64,000 nt of DNA from an uncultured Dehalococcoidales bacterium (GTDB lineage: Bacteria; Chloroflexota; Dehalococcoidia; GIF9; AB-539-J10): NCBI GenBank assembly GCA_964514415.1, contig CAZEQL010000001.1, positions 6,510 through 70,509 of the forward strand. Reading direction: 5' to 3'. Position numbers and translations under genes: made by a program. The notes under the pieces are model-generated. The model made no database searches. It was not told the DNA's origin and was given only the letters and a program-made list of their open reading frames with translations. This document shows positions 49,112 through 58,369 of the stretch, piece by piece (positions within the stretch are counted from its first letter, which is position 1; every line of letters starts with the position of its first letter).

Positions 49112-49363
49112 TATGGCGACCTGCAAGACTATCGTATAACACAGCATATATACGCTACGGGCTTACGATCTTGCCCTTCGGGACATTGCTCTCTTTGGTC
49201 GCAACGTCGTATATGCTGGAAACGTTAAACGGAAAGCCTAAACAAAAGGGCGCTCCGTTGGACTGCTGTCTTACACTGAATAACAAGCCACTTATTGGGT
49301 CCCATTGGCTTGCATTGCAGCAACTGCTTAAACCTCTAAATCCCAGACATTTGGAATTTGGGT

Positions 49364-50770
49364 TTAAGATTTCCTCTGGAAATAAGCATCAATATCAGCG
49401 GCGGCTCTTTTGCCTGCGCCCATAGCGCTTATCACCGTAGCTGCCCCGGTGGCCATATCGCCGCCGCACCAGACTCTGTCCTTGCTCGTTTTCCCTGTAG
49501 CCTCGTCGGTTTTCACCGTGCCCCATCTGGTGAGTTCCAACCCCCTGGTCGTTGAGGGGATGATTGGGTTAGGCCTGGTGCCCAAAGCAGGGATGGCTGT
49601 ATCAATCTCCATGATAAATTCGGTGCCTGGCTTTGGTATTGGTCGCCGCCGACCACTTTCATCGGGTTCGCCAAGCTCCATTTCATATAATTCTACTGCT
49701 TTAACTCTACCTTGTTCATCGCCAAGGAACCTCCTGGGATTAGTTAGAAGCTTAAATATGACTCCCTCCTCCTCAGCATTCTCCCTCTCCTCAAGCCTGG
49801 CCGGCATCTCAACTCTGGAACGCCGATAAATAATGTATACCTCTTCGGCTCCCAGCCTCAGAGAACATCGGGAGGCATCCATGGCGACATTGCCTCCACC
49901 GAAGACAGCCACTCTTTTCCCCACTTTTATGGGAGTATCATATTCAGGGAAACGATATGCCTTCATCAGGTTCGTCCGAGTAAGGAACTCGTTAGCAGAA
50001 TAAATGCCGCTGAAGTTCTCGCCGGGAATGTTTAAAAACATCGGTGCTCCGGCACCAGGGGCTAGGAAAACAGCATCATAGTCATTTTCCAAAAGCTCAT
50101 CTACAGTGGCTATTTTGCCTATTACCTGGTCAAGCTTAATCTCCACCCCTAAAGACTTTACATAGTCAACTTCACCTTGAACGATAGTTTTAGGCAATCT
50201 AAACTCGGGTATTCCATACATCAGCACACCACCAGCTACGTGAAGGGCTTCAAGGATAGTGACTTCATACCCTAGCCTGGATAAATCAGCAGCACAAGTT
50301 AAACCCGCTGGCCCAGAACCAACTACAGCCACCTTCTTACCATTAGATACACAATCGACTTTCTGCTTCTCTATAACTTCAGGGTGAGCTCTTTCCCAAT
50401 CAGCCACATACCTTTCCAGGCGGCCAATAGCAATAGGAGCGCCCTTTTTAGCCAGGATGCAACTCATTTCGCACTGTGTTTCCTGGGGGCAAACTCGCCC
50501 ACAAATGCCAGGAAGGCTGTTTTTGTTCTTAAGTATCCTCACTGCCTCAGGCATATCATGGTCGCGTATTGCTTTTATGAATTCGGGGATATCTACATTG
50601 ACAGGGCAGCCATCCTTACAATAAGGTTTCTTGCACTGAAGGCAGCGATTAGCTTCCTCAACAGCTTGTTCTTCAATGTATCCCAGGGCTACTTCGTTAA
50701 AATTTCCTTTTCTTACTGCTGACTCTTGCTTGGGCATCGGCACGCGATTTAGATTTATTTTGCCTGCCAT
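49364..50770 (-). CDS. NADPH-dependent glutamate-synthase-small-subunit-like oxidoreductase (NfnB / SudA-like)
   Basis: 468 aa. N-terminal 2x[4Fe-4S] Cys clusters (CLQCKKPYC...C, C...C...C), then FAD/NAD(P) Rossmann folds VVGSGPAG and VFGGGNVA. Confidence 0.8.
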   Translation of the reverse strand: MAGKINLNRVPMPKQESAVRKGNFNEVALGYIEEQAVEEANRCLQCKKPYCKDGCPVNVDIPEFIKAIRDHDMPEAVRILKNKNSLPGICGRVCPQETQCEMSCILAKKGAPIAIGRLERYVADWERAHPEVIEKQKVDCVSNGKKVAVVGSGPAGLTCAADLSRLGYEVTILEALHVAGGVLMYGIPEFRLPKTIVQGEVDYVKSLGVEIKLDQVIGKIATVDELLENDYDAVFLAPGAGAPMFLNIPGENFSGIYSANEFLTRTNLMKAYRFPEYDTPIKVGKRVAVFGGGNVAMDASRCSLRLGAEEVYIIYRRSRVEMPARLEERENAEEEGVIFKLLTNPRRFLGDEQGRVKAVELYEMELGEPDESGRRRPIPKPGTEFIMEIDTAIPALGTRPNPIIPSTTRGLELTRWGTVKTDEATGKTSKDRVWCGGDMATGAATVISAMGAGKRAAADIDAYFQRKS

Positions 50771-50776
50771 AGTCCT

Positions 50777-51610
50777 TCACCTCCCTGGTGTACTCGCTTC
50801 CCAAAGTTCTAGCGATTTCTTTTCCTCCTCTAAGTAGGTGCGCTGACGATTCATAAGTAAATCCCAATCAACTTGATGACCATCAAAGTCCGGCCCATCA
50901 ACGCAGGCAAACTTAGTTTCACCACCTACAGACACACGACAACAACCACACATTCCTGTGCCATCAACCATTATGGGATTAAGACTCACGATGGTTTTGA
51001 CACCAAAAGGCTTGGTAGTTAAGGAGCAGAACTTCATCATTACTGTGGGGCCAATAGCGATAACCCTATCAACTTTTGCCACCTGCAAAAGCTCCCTTAG
51101 TGGTTCAGTGACCAACCCTTTACGCTCATATGAACCATCGTCAGTGGTTACAATAAGCTTATCACTTACGCTGCCCAGCTTTTCTTCCCAGAAAACAATC
51201 TCCTTAGTGCGAAACCCCATAACTGCAATGACCCTGTTCCCCACCTCTTTCATAGCTCGAGCAATAGGCACTATGGTAGCAATGGCAAATCCTCCGGCAA
51301 CGCAGACCACGGTGCCAAATTTCTTAATTTCTGTGGGACGGCCTAGTGGACCAACAAAGTCAAGAACGCTATCACCAGCATTAAGCAAAGCTAATTTCTT
51401 AGTGGAAGTGCCTACTTCCATAAAAACGATAGTCACGCTCCCCTCTGTTTTATTCCAATCAGCAATAGTTAGGGGAATACGTTCCCCCTTTTCATCGCTT
51501 CTGACAATAACGAATTGCCCCGGTTCAGCCTTCATGGCTACTTCTGGGGCTTCAACTCTAAATAAATGAATATTCGGAGCAAGGTCCTTCCTGGCTAAGA
51601 TTCTATACAT
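50777..51610 (-). CDS. ferredoxin-NADP reductase-like FAD/[2Fe-2S] subunit (NfnA / SudB / PyrK-like)
   Basis: About 278 aa with a C-terminal Cys cluster CGCC..C. Adjacent to, and on the same strand as, the GltD-like gene. The ATG at 51610 carries a GGAGG RBS. Confidence 0.75.
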   Translation of the reverse strand: MYRILARKDLAPNIHLFRVEAPEVAMKAEPGQFVIVRSDEKGERIPLTIADWNKTEGSVTIVFMEVGTSTKKLALLNAGDSVLDFVGPLGRPTEIKKFGTVVCVAGGFAIATIVPIARAMKEVGNRVIAVMGFRTKEIVFWEEKLGSVSDKLIVTTDDGSYERKGLVTEPLRELLQVAKVDRVIAIGPTVMMKFCSLTTKPFGVKTIVSLNPIMVDGTGMCGCCRVSVGGETKFACVDGPDFDGHQVDWDLLMNRQRTYLEEEKKSLELWEASTPGR

Positions 51611-51700
51611 GGAATAATTACCTCCTGGTAACACAAAGGCTGTTTAACTTTGATTTTCCGTTCATTTTTGGGCATTTTGGGAGTCTTTCACCCAGATTTC

Positions 51701-51830
51701 TGTAGTTGCCTGATTCATCAGGCATAAGTCGCCCAATAAATTGGGCAACTACATTTTTAAACAACCTCACGCATGGTAAAATTTAAATAATTATAGCACC
51801 TTAACCCTCTCCCATTGAAGGAGAGGAATT
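51701..51830. repeat. REP-like palindromic intergenic element, second copy (tgtagttgcctgattcatcaggc...gcccaataaattgggcaactaca + ccctctcccattgaaggagagg)
   Basis: Near-identical to the element at 43422-43530. Lies between the nfnA-like gene and mutM. Confidence 0.6.
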
Positions 51831-51866
51831 TTATAAGAACTTGCGCCGGATGCTGGAAGCGGGAAA

Positions 51867-52703
51867 ATGCCTGAGTTACCTGAAGTAGAGACAATTAAAA
51901 ACGAACTTTCGCCCTGGGTGGTGGGGCAAAGTTTCACTCAAGTTAGCATCTTTGACGCCCATTTAGTGCCCGGAATTTCAATTGAGGAATTTCGCCGTAA
52001 CTTAACTGAGCAAACAATAAAAAGCCTTGAACGACGAGGGAAATATCTCATCTTCAATCTGGCAAGTAGCCAGGCATTGATTATGCACCTTAGAATGACG
52101 GGGGCTTTATTACTAAACCCGAGGAAAGTTAGCCACTATGCCAGGGCGGTTTTTCTACTTTCTAACGGTATTCGAATTGTGTTTATCGACCAGCGCCGAC
52201 TAGGCGTAATGTGGCTGGTAGAAAACGCTGATGCCATAGTGGGTAAGCTAGGCCCCGAACCATTAAGTGAGACCTTCACCCCACCAATTCTGGCGCAAAG
52301 ATTAAGCCAGCATCATATCCCCATAAAAGCAGCTCTTCTGGACCAAAGCGTGGTTGCGGGTATTGGTAATATGTATGCCGATGAGGCTCTGTTTGCCGCT
52401 GGAATTCATCCTTTGAGAAAAACAGATGCTTTATCATCCGAAGAAATACAAACCTTATATCATTGTATTCGTGAAATCCTCTGGTCAGCTATAGGTAATA
52501 AAGGTGCCAGCGTTGATACTTATGTTCGCCCTGAAGGTCAACTGGGCACAGCCCACTTCAATTTTAAGGTTGCCCATCAGGGTGGCAAGCCCTGCCCCCT
52601 CTGTGGCACTCCAATTCAGCGGATTCTGGTACGAAACCGCGGCACTTACTTTTGCCCCAACTGTCAGCCCATAACAACCCAGATGCTCCTTTTGTCACCC
52701 TGA
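51867..52703 (+). CDS. mutM: formamidopyrimidine-DNA glycosylase
   Basis: N-terminal MPELPEVE (catalytic Pro2 and Glu3), an H2TH domain, and a C-terminal zinc finger CPLCG...CPNC. Confidence 0.85.
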   Translation: MPELPEVETIKNELSPWVVGQSFTQVSIFDAHLVPGISIEEFRRNLTEQTIKSLERRGKYLIFNLASSQALIMHLRMTGALLLNPRKVSHYARAVFLLSNGIRIVFIDQRRLGVMWLVENADAIVGKLGPEPLSETFTPPILAQRLSQHHIPIKAALLDQSVVAGIGNMYADEALFAAGIHPLRKTDALSSEEIQTLYHCIREILWSAIGNKGASVDTYVRPEGQLGTAHFNFKVAHQGGKPCPLCGTPIQRILVRNRGTYFCPNCQPITTQMLLLSP

Positions 52704-52824
52704 GCGAAGCGAAGGGCCTCAGAGATTCTTCGCCTAAGGCTCAGAATAACGAAGCATAGAATTTCAAGGGCCGGCTGCCCTATTATGCCAGCCCTCGGGC
52801 ATTAGATCCCTAAATATAAAAAAG

Positions 52825-52896
52825 TGGCAGCGAGTGGATTTGAACCACTGACCAATGGCTTATGAGTCCACTGCTCTACCGCTGAGCTACGCTGCC
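52825..52896 (-). tRNA. tRNA with CAU anticodon (Met or Ile2-lysidine type)
   Basis: Manual fold of the reverse complement: GGCAGCG-TA-GCTCAGCGGTAGAGC-A-GTGGA-CTCATAA-GCCAT-TGGTC-AGTGG-TTCAAAT-CCACT-CGCTGCC-A. Acceptor, D and T arms are canonical. The anticodon stem has one A:G at 31:39. CCA is not encoded. Confidence 0.7.
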
Positions 52897-52903
52897 TCAA
52901 ATT

Positions 52904-53520
52904 TAGTTTAGCATTGGCTACTAGAAATGGTCAAATTGGTATATGCATTCATACCTCGGTCGGGGACAAGCCCCGACTTAGATGTCACCAACCGTAGTGG
53001 CGGGGTTTATCCCCGCCTTGTGTCTTCCTGTGAATTCGTAGCATCGAGGCTTTAGCCTCGATATGCGGGTATTGCACGGGTCTAAAGACCCATGCCTACA
53101 GACCCGCACCTGTCCCTAAAAAATTTTGTAGTTGCCTGATTCATCAGGCATAGTAGGAGATTGCCGCGCCTTCGGCTCGCAATGACACCACGCCTTCTTG
53201 AGGGCTGCGGGAGTCCTCTCCCTCAGCATGAAGGAATCCGTTCCTTCATGCCTCAGATAAAGCCTCGATATGCGGGTATTGCACGGGTCTAAAGACCCAT
53301 GCCTACAGACCCGCACCTGTCCCTAAAAAATTTTGTAGTTGCCTGATTCATCAGGCATAGTAGGAGATTGCCGCGCCTTCGGCTCGCAATGACAGGGGAG
53401 GGAACTCGTGATGACAAAGGGAGGCTTGTAGGGGAGAGGACAAGCCTCTCCCCTACAGGGGTAACCATACGTAACCGTAGCGGCGGGGTTTATCCCCGCC
53501 TAATGCTGGAAATAACATAA
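52904..53520. repeat. mosaic array of short palindromic modules, including a ~207-bp block repeated twice in tandem (core copies 53043-53187 and 53260-53394)
   Basis: Direct reading. Modules seen: cggggacaagccccg, ggcggggtttatccccgcc, atcgaggctttagcctcgat, gggtctaaagaccc, tgtagttgcctgattcatcaggcatag, ttgccgcgccttcggctcgcaa, gagggctgcgggagtcctctccctc, gaaggaatccgttccttc. Confidence 0.7.
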
Positions 53521-53686
53521 TAACTGCCTGAGACGTCACCTCCTTATGAGTTGCCTTTTCTTTACCACTTTTCTCGGAAAGAGGACATTTCTAAAGAGTT
53601 TTCTAGGGGACATTATCAAAGAGTTACGACACCCTGGCTTTAAAATTCTTGACCCGCTAAATTAGAAACATTAATATAAGCAAGCT

Positions 53687-54277
53687 TTGGGCACGTTTAG
53701 AACAGCAAGATACATAAAAGCAGCAATTACGAGTATTTTATTAATTGTCGCCCTGGCCTTAATCCTCTGTTTGCCAGCATTGGCCGATGACACTGGCACT
53801 ATAACCATAACTATGACTGGAGCTAATGAGATAGCTATCACTCTGGATAAGACGAATTGGGATTTAGGAAACGTAACTTCAGACACAGAGTATGAAACAA
53901 GCCCGCCAATACAGTGGTGTACCTTGACCAATACCGGCAATGTTAACGTGAATACTCTTATTGCGGGTGAGGATGCTAAGTGGGTTGATAATCCTGCTGC
54001 ATACAAGTGGACGTTGAGCGGCGATGGAACTAATAACAACCACATATATGGGTTATGGTTCCGCATATCTGGCGATACCACACGTGGACCTCATAGCGAT
54101 GGTTATGTCCCCATTACCACGACAGAAAATGAATTCTGGCCTTATTCTGGGGGCTCAGGCTCAAGTCTGGCACCTGACGACTATAAACAATTCGGGCTAA
54201 GGCTGCTAACGCCTACCTTGTTCTACGGCAATAGGCAAATGCAGACTCATATCACCATAAGTGCGGTAGCTGCCTGA
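53687..54277 (+). CDS. secreted hypothetical protein (signal peptide; possible WxL-like surface protein)
   Basis: TTG start followed by a hydrophobic signal peptide. Thr/Asn-rich beta-rich sequence with a KWTLSGD motif. Family not recognised. Confidence 0.4.
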   Translation: MGTFRTARYIKAAITSILLIVALALILCLPALADDTGTITITMTGANEIAITLDKTNWDLGNVTSDTEYETSPPIQWCTLTNTGNVNVNTLIAGEDAKWVDNPAAYKWTLSGDGTNNNHIYGLWFRISGDTTRGPHSDGYVPITTTENEFWPYSGGSGSSLAPDDYKQFGLRLLTPTLFYGNRQMQTHITISAVAA

Positions 54278-54828
54278 TGACACGACAGGTTAAATACCTG
54301 GTTGGGATAATCGCAGTTTCACTAATTATCCTTTCGCCTTCTCCCGTCCTGGCTCAGAACTTCAGTGTCTCCCCTGCTGAAGTAAAGATAGATGATTTAT
54401 TCCCAGGAGAAGAAGCTGAATTTCAACTGACCATTCACAATAAAGACAATATTAGGCACAACTTCACTTTAACTGCTCATACCCCCGAGAAATTACAGCG
54501 AAGGCAAGGAAGGGCTGAGTTTCCCGACAATAGCTGGATAAGTTTTTCCCCTCAGCAGGTTAAAGTACAAGCCGGCTCTAAAGTTGAGATAAAGGTATTG
54601 GTGGACATACCATCGAGCCCGAAATGGGCAGGTAAAGATTGGGAAGTATGGTTGGAGGTCACCCCGGAATCCAGCAACCTATTGACCGTGGAAGTGTATG
54701 TTCGTTTGTTGATATCCACAGGCGGAGGGACGGGAAGCAGCTTCAATATATGGTTGATTAGTGGCACTGTCGCGGTCATGTCGCTCCTTGGTTATAGCAT
54801 TTATTACTTCAGGCGTAAGACCAGATAA
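54277..54828 (+). CDS. secreted protein with C-terminal TM anchor (DUF916-like architecture)
   Basis: Signal peptide, beta-rich domain, Gly-rich linker GGGTGSS, one C-terminal TM helix and an RRKTR tail. Start is coupled to the upstream stop. Confidence 0.4.
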   Translation: MTRQVKYLVGIIAVSLIILSPSPVLAQNFSVSPAEVKIDDLFPGEEAEFQLTIHNKDNIRHNFTLTAHTPEKLQRRQGRAEFPDNSWISFSPQQVKVQAGSKVEIKVLVDIPSSPKWAGKDWEVWLEVTPESSNLLTVEVYVRLLISTGGGTGSSFNIWLISGTVAVMSLLGYSIYYFRRKTR

Positions 54829-55044
54829 ACCTCATTTCGCGGGGCTCGCAAGGTGCCTTATGGCACGGTAGCTAATAGAGACTACTTCTTTTCCCCTGGT
54901 AACCCTTCTCCGCATCAAATCCGATGTCGGCTATAGAAAAAAGGTCGTAGTACTAATTTCTGGCACAAAACAGTACTAACTGGGGATGTTTGGTACGTTA
55001 GTTGTGTTTTATATTTATCATGTAGGAGTAAGCCTGACATCCGT

Positions 55045-55644
55045 GTGGGGCAAGAAATGAAAATAGCTGAATTTGTCTCTCAAGCGAATGAAACTGAGCT
55101 GACGGAGAAGTTGCGCTCTGGTGACTTCGCCGCCGTGGAGGAGCTCTACCACGCTTATAGCGATAAGCTCTACACCTGGGTACTTAAACAAGCAGGTGGA
55201 GACCAGGCTGTGGCTGAGGATATAGTTCAGGAAACATTCCTCGCTGCCTTGAATTCGCTGGATAAATTCCGTGGTGATAGCCAGCTTTATACCTGGCTAT
55301 GCAGTATAGCCTACCACAAGATAAATGACCTCTATCGCCGCCAGGCACGAGAGGTTAAGCTGGAGGAATTGCCTTTCGGCGTTGAGATTACAGAGTTGGA
55401 GCGAGACAGAGACACTGAGCCCATCATCCCCAGCACAATGGAATCCGAAGAGACCCGCCAGGCAGTTCGGCAAGCTCTGGTCAACTTGCCAGGGGATTAT
55501 CGACAAGTCCTGACCCTCAAATACATTGAGGGGGTACCTGTCTTAGAGATAAGCCGTATCATGAGTCGGTCGCCAAAGTCGGTTGAGGGATTGCTATCGC
55601 GAGCGCGAAGAATCCTGCGCTCCACTTTAGCGGGAGTAATATAG
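55045..55644 (+). CDS. ECF-type RNA polymerase sigma-70 family factor
   Basis: Region 2 (DIVQETFLAALNSLDKF...YTWLCSIAYHK) and region 4 HTH (LPGDYRQVLTLKYIEGVPVLEISRIMS). No adjacent anti-sigma factor is evident. Confidence 0.8.
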   Translation: MGQEMKIAEFVSQANETELTEKLRSGDFAAVEELYHAYSDKLYTWVLKQAGGDQAVAEDIVQETFLAALNSLDKFRGDSQLYTWLCSIAYHKINDLYRRQAREVKLEELPFGVEITELERDRDTEPIIPSTMESEETRQAVRQALVNLPGDYRQVLTLKYIEGVPVLEISRIMSRSPKSVEGLLSRARRILRSTLAGVI

Positions 55645-55689
55645 GGGCTATCAAGTCCGTATGGACATAGCCTGACTTCATCACACTTC

Positions 55690-56235
55690 TTATGAATTCG
55701 CAGCTACACTCCAATAGTACAATTGTAGTGGCGGGGTTTATCCCCGCCTTAACCCCTGGGAGGGCACAAGACCCTCCTCTACGATAGATAATCGTAGTAT
55801 CGAGGCTTTAGCCTCGATACGCGGGTATTGCACGGGTCTAAAGACCCATGCCTACAGACCCACACTTGTCCCTAAAAAATTTGTAGTTGCCTGATTTATC
55901 AGGCATAGCAGGGAATTGCCACACCTTCTTGAGGGCTGAGGGAATCCTCTCCCTCAGCATGAAGGAATCCGTTCCTTCATGCCTCAGATAAAGCCTCGAT
56001 GTGCGGGTATTGCACGGGCCTAAAGACCCACGCCTACAGACCCATGCCTGTCCCTAAAAAATTTTGTAGTTGCCTGATTCATCAGGCATAGTAGGAGATT
56101 GCCGCGCCTTCGGCTCGCAATAACACCACACCTTCTTGAGGGCTGAGGGAATCCTCTCCCTCAGCATGAAGGAATCCGTTCCTTCATGCCTCAGATAAAG
56201 CCTCGATGTGCGGGTCTACAGACCCGCACCTACAT
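55690..56235. repeat. second mosaic palindromic array, about 2.5 tandem copies of the same ~207-bp block as at 53043-53394, same orientation
   Basis: Direct reading. The atcgaggctttagcctcgat...gggtctaaagaccc...tgtagttgcctgattcatcaggcatag...gagggctgagggaatcctctccctc...gaaggaatccgttccttc series recurs. Confidence 0.7.
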
Positions 56236-56252
56236 AATAGTAGATAAGGAGG

Positions 56253-57275
56253 CTAATTTGAGCGCATCACCACTGTTACTGCTTCTAAAGCGTTGATACG
56301 CCCTTCCCCCACACCATCGGCGTCAATGGGAGTGCAGCTACTTTCAATTGCCTGCCGCACTTCATCGTTGACTACGCCGTTGCCATTGGTGTCCTTAGCT
56401 ACACTAAAGCCCAGAGCAGCCACGCCCGAGACGTGAGCTGCTGCTGGTGAAGTGCCGATTTTACAACCATATTGATTGTCGGGCAATTCGGAGTAGATGT
56501 CAAAGCCTGGAGCAGCCACATCTACCCAATCGCCATGGTTGGATAGTAATGCCAGGGAATCATCTTCATCAGTAGCAGCTACGGCAAGGGAATTAACATA
56601 GTAAGCGGGATACGCCGGCGCTGACTTACCTTCGTTGCCCGCCGCCGCCACAATTACCGCTCCGCGACTCCAGGCATAGTTTACCGCCTCTTCCAAATCT
56701 GGCGACGATTTCACGCAGAGGCTTACATTGATAACCCTGGCTCCGTGGTCCACCGCCCAGATGATGCCCTTAGCCACTGTGGAAGGCTCACATTTGCCGC
56801 CATCGTCAGCCACCTTGACATTCATTAACTGGCATTCGGGAGCGATAGCAGCAATGGTGCCAGCCATATGAGTCCCATGGCCATAAAGGTCGTCGCTTGT
56901 CGCACTATCGGTAAAATTCACCTGAGCTATAACCCTGTCACCTAAATCCTGATTATCCTCATCAATGCCGGTATCCAGAACGGCCACAATAACAGGCTTA
57001 CTATCTCTGGCTATTTGCCATGCCTGAGGCGCCTCGATTTTGCTTACCCCCCAGCGCAGGCTTACATAGCTATCACTTGATGAACTCGCTATCTCAGGGG
57101 AAGAGACTTGGCTCATGTCATCGCTACTGTAGGTTATGGTATCGCTGTTATAAACAGGCGCAGCATTACGGGCAGGTACAGTTTCCTCAGCAAGTGCTGC
57201 CGCATTCACCAGGAAGCCACCCAGTGCCACACCAATCACTGCCAGAACTATAATTGAATATCTCAGCCTTCTCAT
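56253..57275 (-). CDS. secreted subtilisin-like serine protease (peptidase S8)
   Basis: Signal peptide. Catalytic triad contexts VAVLDTGID (Asp), HGTHMAGTIAA (His) and GTSPAAAHVSG (Ser). Confidence 0.85.
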   Translation of the reverse strand: MRRLRYSIIVLAVIGVALGGFLVNAAALAEETVPARNAAPVYNSDTITYSSDDMSQVSSPEIASSSSDSYVSLRWGVSKIEAPQAWQIARDSKPVIVAVLDTGIDEDNQDLGDRVIAQVNFTDSATSDDLYGHGTHMAGTIAAIAPECQLMNVKVADDGGKCEPSTVAKGIIWAVDHGARVINVSLCVKSSPDLEEAVNYAWSRGAVIVAAAGNEGKSAPAYPAYYVNSLAVAATDEDDSLALLSNHGDWVDVAAPGFDIYSELPDNQYGCKIGTSPAAAHVSGVAALGFSVAKDTNGNGVVNDEVRQAIESSCTPIDADGVGEGRINALEAVTVVMRSN

Positions 57276-57359
57276 CCCATTTAAAATCTAACAGCCAGCT
57301 ACCCTGGTAGACATCAACTATTGGTACCGTTTCACACGAGAATTTGGTCATGTGACTTT

Positions 57360-57960
57360 TTACCCATGGCTTAGAGGACGTCCTTTGCCATTGCGAGCCG
57401 AAGGCATGGCAAACATGCATCTGTAGATGCGGGTCTATAGGTATGGGTCTGTAGACCCGTGCAACACCCGCATATCGAGGCTAAAGCCTCGATGCTACGA
57501 TTATCTATCGTAGGGGAGGGTCTTGTGCCCTCCCATGGGTTGAGGCGGGGATAAACCCCGCCACTACGGTTGTGCTTCGTAGGGTCGGGGACAAGCCCCG
57601 ACCAAACCCCCTTTGTCATTGCGAGCCGAAGGCGTGGCAATCCCCTGCTATGCCTGATAAATCAGGCAACTACAAAACATCATCTTGACCCCTTCGCTTC
57701 CTGTCATCCTGACCCCTTCGCCTCCTATCATCCTGACCCCTTCGCCTCCTGTCATTCTGAGCGTGTGAGCCGAAGCCTTAAACGAAGTGAAGGAGAAGAA
57801 TCTCATACGGCTCAGGACAAGCTCCGCGAAGAATCTCTTTTTCAGTTCCTTCCTCTCGTCACTGCCTCAATGTTTTGCCTCACCATAGCAGGCTCCGTGA
57901 AGAAGCTGAGCGGAGGCTCCCCTCGGTCATGCGACCTTTTGGCTATGGCTCATTGACTAG
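57360..57960. repeat. repeat mosaic (inverted-orientation copies of the palindromic modules) plus 24-bp tandem repeat x3-4 at 57681-57776 (catcctgaccccttcgcctcctgt)
   Basis: Direct reading. It is the reverse complement of the 52.9-53.5 kb modules, followed by the tgtcat(c/t)ctgagc...cgaag family also seen at 52688-52750 and 58705-58830. Confidence 0.65.
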
Positions 57961-58093
57961 CCAGGGGGAATGTGCTAACTTCAGCGGGAAAATAGTTAAA
58001 GCTGAGAGACAAAAAAAGAATGAGGCATTAATGCCAACGGTATTACGGCATGGTAGACAGAGGAAAATAGACATTTGTTCCTGGAGAAATGGT

Positions 58094-58333
58094 ATGAATA
58101 CTTCGGCAGTTAAAGTAACTAATGTTCTGGCTACTGGCGTTCAATTTGATGCCGAGCGGATGCATGTCCAGTTATCCGATGGACGTGAAATCGCTGTTTC
58201 ATTGGAATGGTTCCCTTCTCTGCGCAATGCTACAGATGAGCAGAGAAACAAGTGGCGACTTATTGGTAAGGGAGTGGGAATCCACTGGGAAGATCTTGAT
58301 GAGGACATTTCAGTAGAGAAATTACTGGGATAA
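58094..58333 (+). CDS. DUF2442 family small protein
   Basis: 80 aa from the ATG at 58094, with the family-typical pattern ...DGREIAVSLEWFP...IHWEDLDEDISVEKLL. The upstream part of the track ORF reads through repeats and is discounted. Confidence 0.55.
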   Translation: MNTSAVKVTNVLATGVQFDAERMHVQLSDGREIAVSLEWFPSLRNATDEQRNKWRLIGKGVGIHWEDLDEDISVEKLLG

Positions 58334-58369
58334 GTCCGAACCTTTTTTCTCTCGTCATCACCAGCTCCT

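Noticed and set aside
49072-49425. 117-aa ORF in the polA/CrtI-like to nfnB spacer (and the 49410..49829 and 50958..51569 ORFs antisense to nfnAB).
   Set aside because: Low-complexity, no domain signals, overlapping the convergent gene ends. Probably non-coding.
53687-54828. Assignment of the two secreted proteins to WxL / DUF916 families known from Firmicutes.
   Set aside because: It rests on architecture (signal peptide, beta-rich domain, C-terminal TM) and a single WxL-like tripeptide. The family call was lowered to a weak hypothesis in the feature table.
55645-56252. Anti-sigma factor gene downstream of the ECF sigma gene.
   Set aside because: The downstream 600 nt consist of palindromic repeat arrays with no credible ORF, so no anti-sigma factor can be supported here.
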